Source of the DNA: Rhina ancylostomus
Taxonomy: Eukaryota
Reading direction: 5' to 3'
DNA: 63,645 nucleotides
Assembly (NCBI GenBank): GCA_030265395.1
Contig: JARFYF010000046.1
Coordinates: forward strand, 10,566,797-10,630,441
Under the pieces are notes generated by a model. The model saw nothing but the letters and a program-made list of their open reading frames with translations. It did no database searches and had not been told where the DNA came from. Positions 11,925 to 24,872 of this stretch are shown here, in pieces; position 1 is the first letter of the stretch, and each line of letters begins with the position of its first letter. Both the position numbers and the translations under genes were made by a program.

Positions 11925-12185
11925 ACAAAAGAAAGAAGGCTTGCATTTAACTGACACCTTTCATTTATTGAGCACATCTCAAGGCACTTTCTAGCCAATG
12001 ATGTATGTGTTGATGTCACAGTTGTAATGTGGTGAATGCAGAAGATGATTTCCAAAAAACAAGCTCCAGTGAACAGCAGGGAGATGTTGAGCTGATGAAG
12101 TGTCTTCAATGGATCTGGTTGAGGGTCATCAATTGCATTAAAATGACATTGAACAGTTGCATCTTCTGTTCTGAGTGCCAAAGAG
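11925..12185 (-). mobile_element. Degraded DeuSINE 3' half
   Basis: AAAGAAAGAAGGCTTGCATTTA...CTCAAGGCACTTT.TAGCCAATGA tail. Confidence 0.6.
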
Positions 12186-12324
12186 CTTTACAGAAAACCT
12201 ACCCACATTTAGCCAGGGATTCAGCCATTTTGGGGCAAGAGTTGGGAAGCAAAAGAGGTGCAAATTCTGGTCCCGTGATTAGCTTGCTGGATGGCTATTG
12301 AAGGATTCCTCAGGGAAACGAGTC

Positions 12325-12715
12325 GTAGAGTCATGGAGTCATACAGCTCAGAAACTGGCCCTTTAGCCCACCAAATTCATGCTGACCAACAAGTGAACAA
12401 GTACCTATCTAAATCTATCCCATTTATCAGCACTTGGTCCGTAATGTTCCATGCATTGGTGATTCAAGTGCTCATCTCTGCCTCCACCATCCACTCAGGC
12501 AGTGCATGAAGATTCCAACTAGCTACCCTCTGGTGGAAAGAAGTTCTACTTCAGATCCTAAACCTCTTAGCCCTTACCCTCAACCTATGCCTTCGGGTTT
12601 TCAGAGGGCATAGAGGGAAATGTTTCCTACTATCTACCCCATCCATGCCCCTGCATACTTCTATCAGGTCCCCCTTCAACTATCTTCACTCCACAGAAAA
12701 GAAACCCAGTCAGAC
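12325..12715 (-). mobile_element. CR1 3' end
   Basis: AGAGTCATGGAGTCATACAGC...GGCCCTTTAGCCCACC, CR1 3' UTR in reverse. Confidence 0.7.
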
Positions 12716-12769
12716 CCTGAAGCTGGCAGTGAAGTGTAACTATGCAGCAGGTTTTTCCTCTAACTCCAC

Positions 12770-13088
12770 AGACATTATTAATTCTCCGAGCCATCTCCCG
12801 ATATCCAATGCACATTTACNNNNNNNNNNNNNNNNNNNNNNNNNNNNNNNNNNNNNNNNNNNNNNNNNNNNNNNNNNNNNNNNNNNNNNNNNNNNNNNNN
12901 NNNNNNNNNNNNNNNNNNNNNNNNNNNNNNNNNNNNNNNNNNNNNNNNNNNNNNNNNNNNNNNNNNNNNNACACGGCCACAGGGAGAACGTGCAAACTCT
13001 ACACAGACAGCATCTGAGGTTGGGATTGACTCCAGGTCTCTGGTGCAACGAGATAGCGGCTCTACCAGCTGCGCCACCATGCCACCCT
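12770..13088 (-). mobile_element. V-SINE/HE1-like SINE spanning an N gap
   Basis: CACAGGGAGAACGTGCAAACTCTACACAGACAGC V-core and a tRNA-like head. Confidence 0.75.
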
Positions 13089-13479
13089 TTTCTTTTACTG
13101 TTTTCACGTTTAAGTGAGCTGTACGACAAGCTGGAGGACAATGACTTATGTTCTGTCTGTGAATTATGCTCGAACGCAAGAACACTGTTTAGGCCCTTGA
13201 TACAACTGTAGGGATGAATTCTTTGAATCGCAATAATCCATCAAACCTGCATGGACCTGTACAGCTGGAAATCCCATTGCTTTGTGAATCTTAACCCTTG
13301 TCTTCTCTGGCTACATACACAAGCCTGTCCCAAATTTTTTGGCATTGAAATCTTCTCCAACAGTTTTTGCAGAATTGTTAACCTGCAGGGACAGAGTCAA
13401 TAAAAAATGCAAAGGCTAAATTCGAAAGCCGCCATAAGCAATCATAGGATTGTGGTGTGAAATTAACCTGTATGTGTTC

Positions 13480-15085
13480 ATTCTGGAAGAGTCTCTCCAT
13501 CTTGCCTGCTCATTTGAGTTGTTCCAGCTGAATGAGGTTGTAGGTTTGGGAGCTGTTGCCAGAGTGACTAACTGCCACAAAGTAACCCACAAAGAGCTGA
13601 ATTCCAGAGGTGAGAGTGAGTGACCTTGACATCAAGGCAGCACTTGACTGAGTGTGAAGCCAAAGGGCATCAATGGGAAAACATTCCAGTAGTTGGAGTC
13701 ACACCTTGCACAAATGAAGCTGGCTGTGGTCAAAGGTCCATCATTACAGCCCCAAGACAAATGATCTTCAAGGCATTGGCCTATGACAAACCATCTCCAG
13801 TTAATCACGAATGACCTTCCTTCCATCAAACGGTCAGAAGTGGGCATAGTTGCTGTTGATTGCACAATGATGTCACAATGTTGAGCAAAGAGCAAGCTCA
13901 CAGAGAACCCAAATGCAGCACACTGATACAAGACTGGATACTTCCTCAGGACAAACACTGGCAGCAACTGTAAAGAATCTTGCCTCAGAGATCTGAAGAG
14001 GAATCCCAACACGAACTGGATCTTTGAAAAGGAANNNNNNNNNNNNNNNNNNNNNNNNNNNNNNNNNNNNNNNNNNNNNNNNNNNNNNNNNNNNNNNNNN
14101 NNNNNNNNNNNNNNNNNNNNNNNNNNNNNNNNNNACTAGTGCTAGAGAAACCCAGGTACTTATGCTAGGCCCCTGATGGTGCTCAGGTGTGTGTTGTTAT
14201 GTAATCAGTCCGGCATAGAATCCATGTGCTGGACAACAAGGCATCAAAGGAGCCAAATTGAGGGCCAGAACCCAGAACCATGACAAATGGTCAATTTCAT
14301 TTACAACTCATCAGTGAATGAAGCAGTCCATACCTGAAGGCAGCAAGACCTGGAGCACATTCAGGTATGGGCTCACCAGCAGCAAGTAACATTTGTTCCA
14401 CCAAAGTGCCAGGTAGTGATCTCCATCAAGAGAGAGTCAACCCACTTACCCTTGACATTCAATAGCATTACCAACACCAAGTCCTCCATTAATACCCTGG
14501 AGCTCATCATTGACCAGAAACTCAACTAGATCAGCCACATAAATATCAGGGCTCCAAGACCATGTCAAAACATGGGTATCCTGCGGTAATTGACTCACCT
14601 CCTGACATCCCAAGGGCTCCTCACCATTCCACAAGGTACAAGGCAGGAATGTAATGGAATACTCTCACTTGCCTGAGTGAGTATGGTGGCAACAACTCTC
14701 CCAGAAGCTCAACACCATTCAGGTCAAAGCAGCCTGCTTGATTGTCACTCCATCAACCACCCTAAACATTCAATCCCTCCATCCCTGGTGCACAGTGACT
14801 GCAGTGTGTACCATCTACAAAATGCATGGCAGTTACTCACTCTGACAACACCTCCCAAATCTACAACCTCTAGTGCCAAGAAGGACAGGCAGAGGCAGAT
14901 GGGAACATACCACCCACAGGTTCCCTTGCAAGTTGTATATCATCGTAACTTGGAAAAGTATCGTTGGTCCTTCACCGTCACTCGGCCAAGAAGGCAGCTC
15001 ACTACCACCTTCTCAAGGGCGACTAAGGATGCACAACAAATGCTGACCTTGCTGGCAACACCCAGATCCTGTAAATGATCATTAA
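13480..15085 (+). mobile_element. CR1-clade LINE RT and 3' end, split by a solo LTR
   Basis: LDIKAA.D, NDLPSI.RSEVG..A.DCT, QQDL.HIQ.WA and YK.Q.RN.MEYS motifs continue across the LTR insertion. Confidence 0.8.
13871..14285. mobile_element. Solo LTR (TGTCA...TGACA)
   Basis: TG..CA termini with a 5-bp terminal inverted repeat; flanks AATGA/AATGG (decayed 5-bp TSD); homologous to 27044-27407. Confidence 0.85.
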
Positions 15086-16249
15086 TAAGAACATGACAGT
15101 GAGTGAGTTCCAAGGCTTTTGGTTAGCACACTTGGAGATCTCTCTGGAAGAGAAGGAAGGAAGAGTTGTTATTTATTTGTGGAAGTCCCCTGAGGGACTT
15201 GAGACAGGCTAAGAAGCAAATGGAATCCAATAGCCATTGAGGTCAGTGATTGACTCTTCTAATGCCATAGCCAAGAACCACACCGCCATCTTCAGACATT
15301 GTTCAACTAACCACAAGCCCATCACTCACTGAATATATAAATATTATATTATAAATATTATAAATCCAATGTACCTCAGTCACTTGGCTTGCTGTAATGT
15401 CTTCAGAAGTGCATTGAGACACAAGTACAGTATATGTATATATCCAGAGAGGTAGTGGTTTTCCTGCCAGACAGAATAATTAAATTATTTACATGTTGAG
15501 AATTTAAGATCTTGGTTCAAGTTTAGTGATGATGACATTGTTACAGTGACACTGACATTGCTACAAAGCAGGCTCACCACATGCCTCTCCTGTCCAAAAG
15601 GATCGCAGTAGAGACACACATGTAAATGGACAGAGGACAGCAGATCCATGCTTAAAGATCCAATATACAAAGTGAAGATAATACTGTTAAAGAGGAAGCA
15701 GATAATGTTTTGAAAGATCAGGGAATTGAGGGCTATGGGTAACTGGCACAGCTGTAGCCTGGGGTATATCAGCCATGGTCATATTGAATGGCGGGGCAGG
15801 ATTGAAGGGCTGGGTGGTCTATCCTGCTCCTATTTTCTTCTGCTCTTATGCATACTCCCATTTTTCTTGTGCATGCTCCCATTTTTCTTGTGCATACTCC
15901 CAGCTTTCCCACATTCAACTATTCAGTTATGTCAGACACATCACCTAAACAAATTGTACAGCAGTCACTTCTGCTGGAACAGAAGGTGCACAGCTAAAAT
16001 AGCAGGAGCTAATCAGAGGGGAACAGAATCACCTAAGCTGCATGTAGGACAAGGTGCTGACCGTTGTTGGAAAGGTTGTTGCTGAAGCTGTCCCTGGTGG
16101 TGCTGCTCAAACCATTGAAGGTGACAATACCATCAAACCAAATGCCTCTTCTGAAGTTTCACACTCAGGTACAGACATTACACGGGTGAATTCCAGTCAG
16201 GGCAGAGAATAAAGAATTGCAGGTGTCACCNNNNNNNNNNNNNNNNNNN

Positions 16250-16430
16250 CCGCTTCCTGTAAGTAGTTTTTACGTTCTCCTGCGTTTGTGTGGGTTTCCT
16301 CCAGATGCTCCAGTTTCCTCCCACATTCCAAAGACGTACGGGTAGGTTAATTTGGGGTTTAAAAATGGGCAGCGCGGACTCGTTGGGCTGGAAGGGCCTG
16401 TTACCACGCTGTAAATAAAAAAAAATTTAA
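16250..16430 (+). mobile_element. V-SINE-like SINE
   Basis: GTGGGTTTCCTCCAGATGCTCCAGTTTCCTCCCACATTCCAAAGACGTAC core and an A-rich tail. Confidence 0.75.
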
Positions 16431-17059
16431 ATTTAAAGAAGGGCTGAAGAAGGTGGACAATGAAATGATTGGCTTATTGCAAAACCTGTCAGGAACCTTC
16501 CATTCACTGTGCAAGGGGTTGGTGAAGCTCAGACCTGATCCTCTCTGGCGTGGAAATGGTGGCCAACTCTGATGGCACACTTGGGGACTAAGCCATGATT
16601 GAATGTTTGATGGTTAATGCCTCAGCTTCCATTGCAGCACAAGCAGCAGCCACCCAAGGTGGGAAGTCTCATTATAGATCTGTTTGCTGCCACACGAGCT
16701 CAGACTGCTGTCCACCATTGCCTTCTAAAAGGTTCAGAGCATGCCACTGCCATCCGGCAGCTTGTCCTCCGACGGATTACTGAGGCATCCTTCTAAGGGA
16801 GTGATAATTGCTCTGTGGAACATATCTTCTTTCAGAATAGCAGCATTATTCTCTCCCATTGTGCCGGTGTTCTTGCTGTACATTGACAGTCATCCCAGAC
16901 TTACTGTTTAAGGTGACATGATGCAGTCTACAGCCAAGAGCTCCAAGGCCACCTACAGCCTCCCGCCCTGTCTTCCAGCAGCCACTCATCTCTTTGAGAG
17001 GAGCTTTCCGATTGGCTGGATGAGTAACTGCAGTGCACATGTTAAGAGGCACACACTGC

Positions 17060-19680
17060 AGCCACCATCGTGAACTGATGATGGAGGGAGTTAACGATTA
17101 GATGGATGGGTGTCAACCAAGCAGTGTGTTTTGTTCTGGATGGTGTTGAGTGTTAGAGCTGCACTCATCCAAGTGCATGCTGTGTATTTCCTCCTGCTCC
17201 CCACTTGTGCCTTATGGATACAGTAAAACTCTGATAATTTGGCATGTTTGGGAGTTTGGCAGATTTTCTGCACTATTGGATGTTACTCCTATTAAAACCA
17301 CAGAATACTCTTATTCCACTATATTACATGATTTTATTTAGAGCAAGAAACTGAACTCCAGTGAGTTTAAAGGAAGCAGGAGCTAGAACCCGGTGAGGTT
17401 CAGCTTGTAAGTTACAAAACAAGTTGAAATGTACTAGCACTCTGGACCCTGGCTCTGGCTACAAACCTAGATCTTGACTCCACCCTGCTACACACCCAGC
17501 TCATAGTCCAGACCCCAGCTTGTTCTCTGGACTAATGAGTGAGCCAGATGCCAAACCGTCAGAACTTCTGCATAATTGGATGCCAGATCACAGGAGTTTT
17601 ACCAAGTAGGAAAGCATTTAGATGTCAAAAGATAAGTTATTGACCATAGGATATCTATTCCCTGACTTACTTTTGTAGCCATACATGTGGTTAGTCCAAT
17701 TCTGTTGCAAGTCAGTGGTGACCACAAGGACATTGTTGTTCTCATTGATGGTAATGCCATTGAATATCATGAGTAGGTGGCTCTCTGTTGGAGATAGTCA
17801 TTGGCTGGCATTTTGCATGAATAAATGTTGCTTGCTGTTTATCAGCCCATGTTGCTGAGGTCTTGCTGCAGGTTGGCATGAACTGCCTCACCTACAGTGG
17901 AACTGCAAAAGGAATCGAACATGGTGAAATCATCAACAAATATCTCCACTGTGGAAGGAAGGCCATTGATGAGGCAGCTGAAGTTGACTGGGCCCAGGAC
18001 ACTGCCCTGCAGAGGTGTCCTAGGGCTGGGATAACTGACCTCTGACAATCACAATCATCTTCCTTTGTGAAGTCCATGACTCTAACCATTGGAATATTTC
18101 CCCTGTATACCCATTGGTGATAGTTCTGTGAAGGTTCCCTCGTGCCACACTTGATCAATTGCTGCCTTGATGTCAAGGGCAATCTCACTCACCTCACACT
18201 TGTCCACTTTGGATGAGATCTGCAGCTGAGTGGTCCTGGCAAAGCCCGAAGGGCATCAGTGAGCAGGTGTTGGTGCTTGACTGTTATTGATTGTTGACAT
18301 TTAGTAGACAGATTGAATGGTAATTAGCCAGATTGGATTTGTCCTATTTGTGAGCAGGACATGCCCTGGACAAATTTCCACCCTGTTGGGTAAATGCTAG
18401 TGATTTAACTGCACTGGAATGGCTTGGTTGGAGGCAGGCTAAATTGGGAGAGGGTGTGTATGATCCCATAGTTTTTTCTGTATCAAGTGTTCTCAGTTGT
18501 TTCTCCGCATCACAAGGATTGGGATTGAACTTGCTGAAGACTAGCTTGTGTGATGCTGGGCATCCCAGGAGGAAACACTGCTGGTCGAACGTGGTGGTTT
18601 CATTGTTGTCCTGAGCACTCGTGTCAGGTCTGCCTTCACTGAGGGTGGGAATGTTCATGGAGCCTCCTCACTGTTCCATTATCCGCTGTCATTTACGGTA
18701 TAACTAAATGTCACAGATGTGCAGAGCATCAATGTAATTCATTGTAAAAACAGAAAACGCTGAATATAGCTGGTCAGGCTCCAGCTGTGGGAAGGTGCTG
18801 TGTGTCTTCGAGCTGACTCATTGGTGGAGGGATCATTTGGTGCTGTGTGTTGCCTATCATCTTTCTGTTTAGCACAGATGTAGTCCCATCTTCCCCAGGT
18901 GGCACTTTGTCCATGCCTGGTGCTGCTCTCAGCACACTCTTCTGCATCCTTCAGTGAACCTGTCAGATCCTCGGGCTTGATAGTAATGGTAGAATGAAGG
19001 ATATGTCGAGCCATAAGGTTACAGGTTGGGGCGGTGCATATATTTACTGCTGCTGATGGTTCATGTTGTCTGATGGATGCCGAGTTTCAAGCTGCCAGGT
19101 CTGTTCTGTTCCACCTAGCATGGCTGTAGAGTCACACAGCATGATGGAGTGTGACTTTATAGTGACAGGAGTTTGTGTCCACAAGGACTGTGCGGTGATC
19201 GTGCCCACCAATTAACCATTACTGGCTGGTAATCCTGGAAATCCCTACCCACAGTATTGTGAGAGTGCCTTCAGCAGAAGGGCTGCAGTGGCTCAAGAGG
19301 GCGGATCGCCATCTCTCCTCATTATTAGGGACAAACCATAAACACTGACCTTGCTGGATTCATAGATGGATGAAGGAACAGTCAGACATTTCCAAGTCAG
19401 GATGATGTGCGGCTTGGAGGGGAACCTGCAGATGGTGGTGTTCCCAAGCACCACCACCTCATCTTTTTTAGTGGCCATGGGTTTGAGAGGAGTTGTTGGA
19501 GTAGCCTTGGTGAATAATTTGGTGAAAACGTTTGTGATTGGTGTGCTCTGCTTCCGTGGTACTCCAGCAGTGGATGGAATACTTCAGGTTCTGGGTGAAG
19601 TGACTCTCAAGTGGGGCTGCTTTGTCCTGGATGGTGTTGACTTCTTGAGTTTAGTTAGAGCTGCACTCATTACTGCATAT
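17060..19680 (-). mobile_element. Cluster of fragmented CR1-clade LINE pieces (same family as 13480-15085)
   Basis: Minus-strand ORF QGSVLGPVNFSCLINGLPSTVEIFVDDFTMF...LQQDL at 17842-18048 plus further fragments; not one contiguous element. Confidence 0.7.
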
Positions 19681-19693
19681 TCCAATACACTCC

Positions 19694-20442
19694 TGCAAGC
19701 CAATACCCAGCCAGCAGTTACAATGCCTTCTTCCCACAGCAGTCCTGTGTGATGCTGCATTTGAGCCACTGCAACAAACCAGAAGCCATTGGGGAACACG
19801 TTCTACCCACTGAGAACATGACTGGTGACTCCAGTGGCCAACCTCTACACTTGTGGGGTGTACACAAAATGGAAGTCATGCAAAGTAAGACAAATATTTC
19901 ATTGGCATGTTTTATTGAAGGAGTCCTGCAGTATTCAGCAGACCTGTGCACACAGTGAAAAAGCTCTGAGATGTAAGGAAGTGGTGGCACTTTCCACATC
20001 TGCTGACCTGCTTTTGTGGTCATGGGTTCGGTTGAGTTTGTGGTCACTGGCAGTCCCCCGAACGCTGATGGTGGGGGACTCAGCCATGGGACTGCCTTCA
20101 AGTGCCATGTTGGAGTTTGGCATTTCCTGCCAATTGTGTTGCCTGCAGAATGCAGCAGACCAACCTGAATCTTAACACACCTGCTGAACACTGCAGGGTT
20201 CCTTCAATGAAACATGCCAATGAAATATTGGTCTCATTTTGTGTGGCAACATGGTTTCCATTTTGCATTCACCCCTCAAGTGTAGGGGTTGGCCACTGGA
20301 GTCACCAGTCATGATCACAGTGGATAGAATTTATTCCCCGATAGCATTTGGTTTGTCGTGTTGGCTCCAATGCAGCTGCACACAGGACTGCTGTGGCAAC
20401 AAGGCATTATAACTGCTGGCTGTGTACGGGCATTGACTTGCA
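19694..20442. mobile_element. Long inverted repeat (foldback/MITE-like): ~250-bp arms, ~240-bp spacer
   Basis: Left arm 19694-19941 is the reverse complement of right arm 20181-20442 (e.g. CATGACTGGTGACTCCAGTGGCCAACC / GGTTGGCCACTGGAGTCACCAGTCATG). Confidence 0.85.
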
Positions 20443-20521
20443 TAATTTGCTGCTTATAGTCTCAAAGTATCAAAGAGCTGCGAAACACCTGCCTCTTGGA
20501 CAATTGACAGGTGGTACTCAC

Positions 20522-20664
20522 TGGTCAATGGCCCTCAGGACAGTGGGCAAATGAAAACCCCAGCAAGAGCATGTTCTCTCTCTGCCTTCTGACAAGGGAG
20601 AATGAAATGTGTTCTTTGAACAAAGAGCCTCAGAGACTTCTCTCCCAGAACAGTGGATGACAAC
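20522..20664 (-). other. Exon-like segment
   Basis: CTGCAG|G acceptor and CCA|GTGAGT donor; one open frame (VVIHCSGREVSEALCSK...); no recognised product. Confidence 0.25.
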
Positions 20665-20829
20665 CTGCAGGATTTGGTAATTGGTAGCAAAATTGTAGAC
20701 TTTGCTCCTTATGCTGAGGCCCATCTTTTCTTTGTAAGCAATGAACAGGAGCAATCTTCTTCTACTTTACATACAACTGTCTTGAATTGCAAGAAAAATA
20801 ACAGTGCGTTTTAGTTGTCCAAGATCCAA

Positions 20830-21180
20830 ACTTAATTCTGAGTTTGGAGTCTGTGGGTTCAGTTCTCTCTCCAGGGACCTAAGCACACAGGGACCTAAGC
20901 ACCTGTGCGTTACTGAAGAAGTACAGCGTGCTCGAAGGAGCCACCATTCAGAGGAGACTCATCTGCCCTCTCAGTCAGTTACAAAATATGAGCAGCTGCT
21001 GCACTGGTCAATATTTATCATTCAACTAATGCAGCTAAATCAGCTCTGTGTCATTTTTGGACATGAGTCATGCTCCTTGCAATCCTTTGGTTTACTGGGT
21101 AACAGCAGTAAAACTTTGTATTTAATTGGCAGTAAAGAGCTTTTCCAGAAAGGTGCTCCATAAATGCAAGACGTTTTTCT
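20830..21180 (+). mobile_element. Degraded DeuSINE
   Basis: GTGGGTTCAG head remnant, CTGGTCAATATTTATC core and ATAAATGCAAG tail. Confidence 0.6.
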
Positions 21181-21420
21181 TACCCTTGCAATTGAGACCC
21201 CAAAGGTATTTGAGAGTAAAAGAAACTTGCAACTTTGTCAGGTTTCTTGGTAAATTAAGATGTACCTGATTGCCTGCACTATGTTATTTGTCTGTTGTAT
21301 ATAATGTCATACCCTCCTTAGAGGTGACCGAGCATCAGCTCTGAAGCAATGACTCATAGCTTAATTGCTAAATCATTCAAAGCAAGCTCAAGATATATAA
21401 TATGCTGCACATCAACTCAC

Positions 21421-21575
21421 AGGCTGTCAGTAATCAAGATGACGTGCAGTTCCTTGGATTGCATGGCAAGTCACCAGGGGCTGCACTCTATCAGTCAGAG
21501 AGGCAGTGGCAGTTCTCAGGCAGTGGCCAGGATTCCGCTGTGCAGCAAGCAGAGGATCATAATCTTGCTGCTCAA
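21421..21575 (-). other. Exon-like 155-nt segment, closed in all three frames (UTR, lncRNA or dead exon)
   Basis: TTTTCTTTCCATGTGTTAG| acceptor and |GTGAGT donor. Confidence 0.35.
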
Positions 21576-22729
21576 CTAACACATGGAAAGAAAACATACT
21601 GGGCAGCATGATTCCAGTGGTTCAGACATGGTTTCGGGGGAACTGCACAGATTTCTGGCTTTGTTAATATTAAAGATCTAATGTCAGGCATTTAATATTG
21701 ATTCTGGAATACTGCAGAAATACCCTCCTTATTTAAGTAGTTGAGTATTTATACATGAGGTGTTCATTTTTTTAATTTTGTTTCCCTGGTTGTTATTACT
21801 TGGATAAAATAGTCCCTGTGTTTGTCCTGAATAACAATTGGAAAAGTTCCTGAAAGGGAAATATTAATAGGTGTTGGGAAAGAGCAGGTGGATTGGGATT
21901 GGAACAGCCTCCATCTGTGCCATTTGGTTCCATAATTCTAATGTTAGAAATGCCTTTAACATCATGAATAATTCTTGTGAATCCTTGTGTTGTGAACTCC
22001 CAATTTACAAGTGGGCCGGTCCAGCAGTAGAATCCAAACCTAGGCCAAAGATATCCTCTTGTTGTCCTCTCAGTGGAACACGTGGAAATCCCGGATCTCC
22101 GGTTCTCCTTTCCCCTCTGGTGAAGCCTGTTAACCCATCTGTTTGGAATCTAGTGAATTATGACTCAAGAAACAAGTAGCTCAGAACTTTCTGACTGTAA
22201 TATTCAATTAACTGACACACCCTAATGGCAGGCAATGGACCCACTGGATCAAAGATACTTCTTGTCCTTTCTGGCTGTTTATAGATGACACAGAATGACA
22301 AGTAGAGAAAAAGGCCACTTGGCTCAAATGCAAAAGTAGGTGTTGATGTTCCACAGATGTCTCCTCCATCCGAGATCATCAAACAAGATAACAACAGCAG
22401 TTTCTTTGGCTGCTAATGTCAATGATGCATTACTGCAACTAAAAATGCACCGAATTCGGTACATGAGGAACCTACAGTTCACCTGCTCTCCATCATTCAA
22501 TGATTTATTTAAAAAGATGCTGAGAGAAAACCTCACTAAATATTAAAGGCCCACTGTGGCCAAGTAAGGGCGCAGTCAGGAAAGTTGACAATTAGCGTTA
22601 GCCCTCATCCTGAAAGAGGAAGCAATCTCTGTTAGGTTCCCAAGCATCATCAAAGGTGAAGCTGAAATCAATGGAAAGCAGAATAAAAAGCACAAATGGG
22701 AAAGCTAGGAAGGCAAAGCTGCAAACTCA

Positions 22730-23230
22730 TCCCAAGACTGCAAGAAATTGCAGAGAGTTGTGGACGCAGCCCAGTCCATCACTAATACCAGCCTCCCCTC
22801 CATTGACTCCGTCTACACTTCCCGCTGCTGTGGGAAAGTAGCCAACAAAAGTCAAAGACCCCTCCCACCCTGGGCATTCTCTCTTCCCTACCGCCCCCCC
22901 TCACCCCNNNNNNNNNNNNNNNNNNNNNNNNNNNNNNNNNNNNNNNNNNNNNNNNNNNNNNNNNNNNNNNNNNNNNNNNNNNNNNNNNNNNNNNNNNNNN
23001 NNNNNNNNNNNNNNNNNNNNNNNNNNNNNNNNNNNNNNNNNNNNNNNNNNNNNNNNNNNNNNNNNNNNNNNNNNNNNNNNNNNNNNNNNNNNNNNNNNNN
23101 NNNNNNNNNNNNNNNNNNNNNNNNNNNNNNNNNNNNNNNNNNNNNNNTGGAATGATCTGTCTGGATGGCATGCAAACAAAAGCTTTTCACTGTATCTTGG
23201 TACATGTGACAATAATAAACCAATTACCAA
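22730..23230 (+). mobile_element. Rex1/Babar-clade LINE 3' end spanning a gap
   Basis: LQRVVDAAQSITNTSLPSIDSVYTSRC..K motif; tail CATGTGACAATAATAAACCAATTACCA. Confidence 0.8.
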
Positions 23231-23884
23231 ACACCTTTTTGAATGTAATGACACACACAGCTGTAGATCTCCTGTGAGTCCAGAATTTCATTATATTAAC
23301 ATGGTCAATAATGTTGCCATTGTAAGTTAAACTGGATCTTTGTGTTAACATGTTTAGGGAACTAATACTTCCAAAATAGTTCAAAGTGCATACCTCATAG
23401 TCAGATGACAGATTTCACTCTTGTACTTTTGTCATTGGCAATGGTCCATTGGTTATTTTCTATTCAAATGACATCATTGTTCCATCATATTTTGAAGACT
23501 GATTTTAGTGGCTTGTGGATTCATAATACCATCCATCTGACTTTAATAGGCAGTCCCTAACAAATAAATTAGCTGGACCACAGGTAAGAGATCACTTACA
23601 ATGCTTATAAAACTAGAAGTGACTTTAAAACCAATAGTGCTAGACGTTTGAAAAATGAAGTAAATTCATCAGGGATGTGATCTAATGTACAAAGAATTCA
23701 TAATCATCATAAAATGAAGCTACAGTCAAGCTGAGTTGTGAACTGCTTGGTCCCATTGCAATTTTTATGAAAGCTCTTGAGATTTCCAAGATCATTCTAA
23801 TCAGTTAACAATTGTCTGGAAAGTGGTTTACGGTCGATTTCCAGTTTCACTTAAGCAAGTAATTTCTAAATTAGCATAAGCATT

Positions 23885-24655
23885 GACCATAAGACATAGG
23901 AGCAGAATTAGGCCATTTGGCCATTGACCCGGCTCCGCCATTTGATCATGGCTGATTTATTTTTCCTTCTCAACCCCATTCTCCTGCCTTCTCCCCGTAA
24001 CCTTTGATGCCCTTACTAATCAAGAACCTATCAACCTCCGCTTTAAATATANNNNNNNNNNNNNNNNNNNNNNNNNNNNNNNNNNNNNNNNNNNNNNNNN
24101 NNNNNNNNNNNNNNNNNNNNNNNNNNNNNNNNNNNNNNNNNNNNNNNNNNNNNNNNNNNNNNNNNNNNNNNNNNNNNNNNNNNNNNNNNNNNNNNNNNNN
24201 NNNNNNNNNNNNNNNNNNNNNNNNNNNNNNNNNNNNNNNNNNNNNNNNNNNNNNNNNNNNNNNNNNNNNNNNNNNNNNNNNNNNNNNNNNNNNNNNNNNN
24301 NNNNNNNNNNNNNNNNNNNNNNNNNNNNNNNNNNNNNNNNNNNNNNNNNNNNNNNNNNNNNNNNNNNNNNNNNNNNNNNNNNNNNNNNNNNNNNNNNNNN
24401 NNNNNNNNNNNNNNNNNNNNNNNAACATGTGACTAATAAAGATATTTTATCTTATCCTTTTATTCTGAGGCTGTGCCCTCTGATCAGACTCTCACTCTAC
24501 TGGAAACGTCCTCTCCACATCCACTCTATCCAGGCCTTTCAATGTTTGGTAGGTTTCAATGAGACCCCCCCTCATCCTTCTAAACCCCAGTGAGTACAGG
24601 CCCAGAACCACCCAACGCTCCTTGTGCATTAATCCTTTCACTGCCGGGATCATTT
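23885..24655 (-). mobile_element. CR1 3' end, interrupted by a gap and a SINE tail at 24424-24458
   Basis: MIPAVKGL...LGLYSLGFRRMRGGLIETY...LDRVDVE and IFKAEVDRFLISKGIKGYGEKAGEWG. Confidence 0.9.
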
Positions 24656-24692
24656 TTATGATATTGAGTATAGGTACGTTGGGACCAATAGT

Positions 24693-24872
24693 GCCGGCGA
24701 TCACCGACTGGTGCAGCGCCGTCTGTCCCTCGGGCCCGATCGAGTTGACGTTGAAGCGGCAATCGGCCACGTTCTGCAGCAGTGACTGCAGCTCCCATGT
24801 GTTGTGGCGCTGCGCCACCTCCTGGAACACGCGCTGTGGGGCAGCGGCCGGAGACATCTCGGCCTGGCTCAC
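24693..24872 (-). pseudogene. NRARP: Truncated NRARP (Notch-regulated ankyrin repeat protein)-like copy, N-terminal ~60 aa, start codon read as GTG
   Basis: (V)SQAEMSPAAAPQRVFQEVAQRHNTWELQSLLQNVADCRFNVNSIGPEGQTALHQSVIAG matches recalled NRARP MSQAE..QRIFQEAVRKGNTQELQSLLQNMTNCEFNVNSFGPEGQTALHQSVIDG; the C-terminal ankyrin repeats are missing. Confidence 0.92.

Noticed and set aside
22324-22420. VVILFDDLGW resembling the sulfatase N-terminal DDLG motif
   Set aside because: No downstream TPxID or CxPSR motif and the frame closes shortly after; likely coincidence
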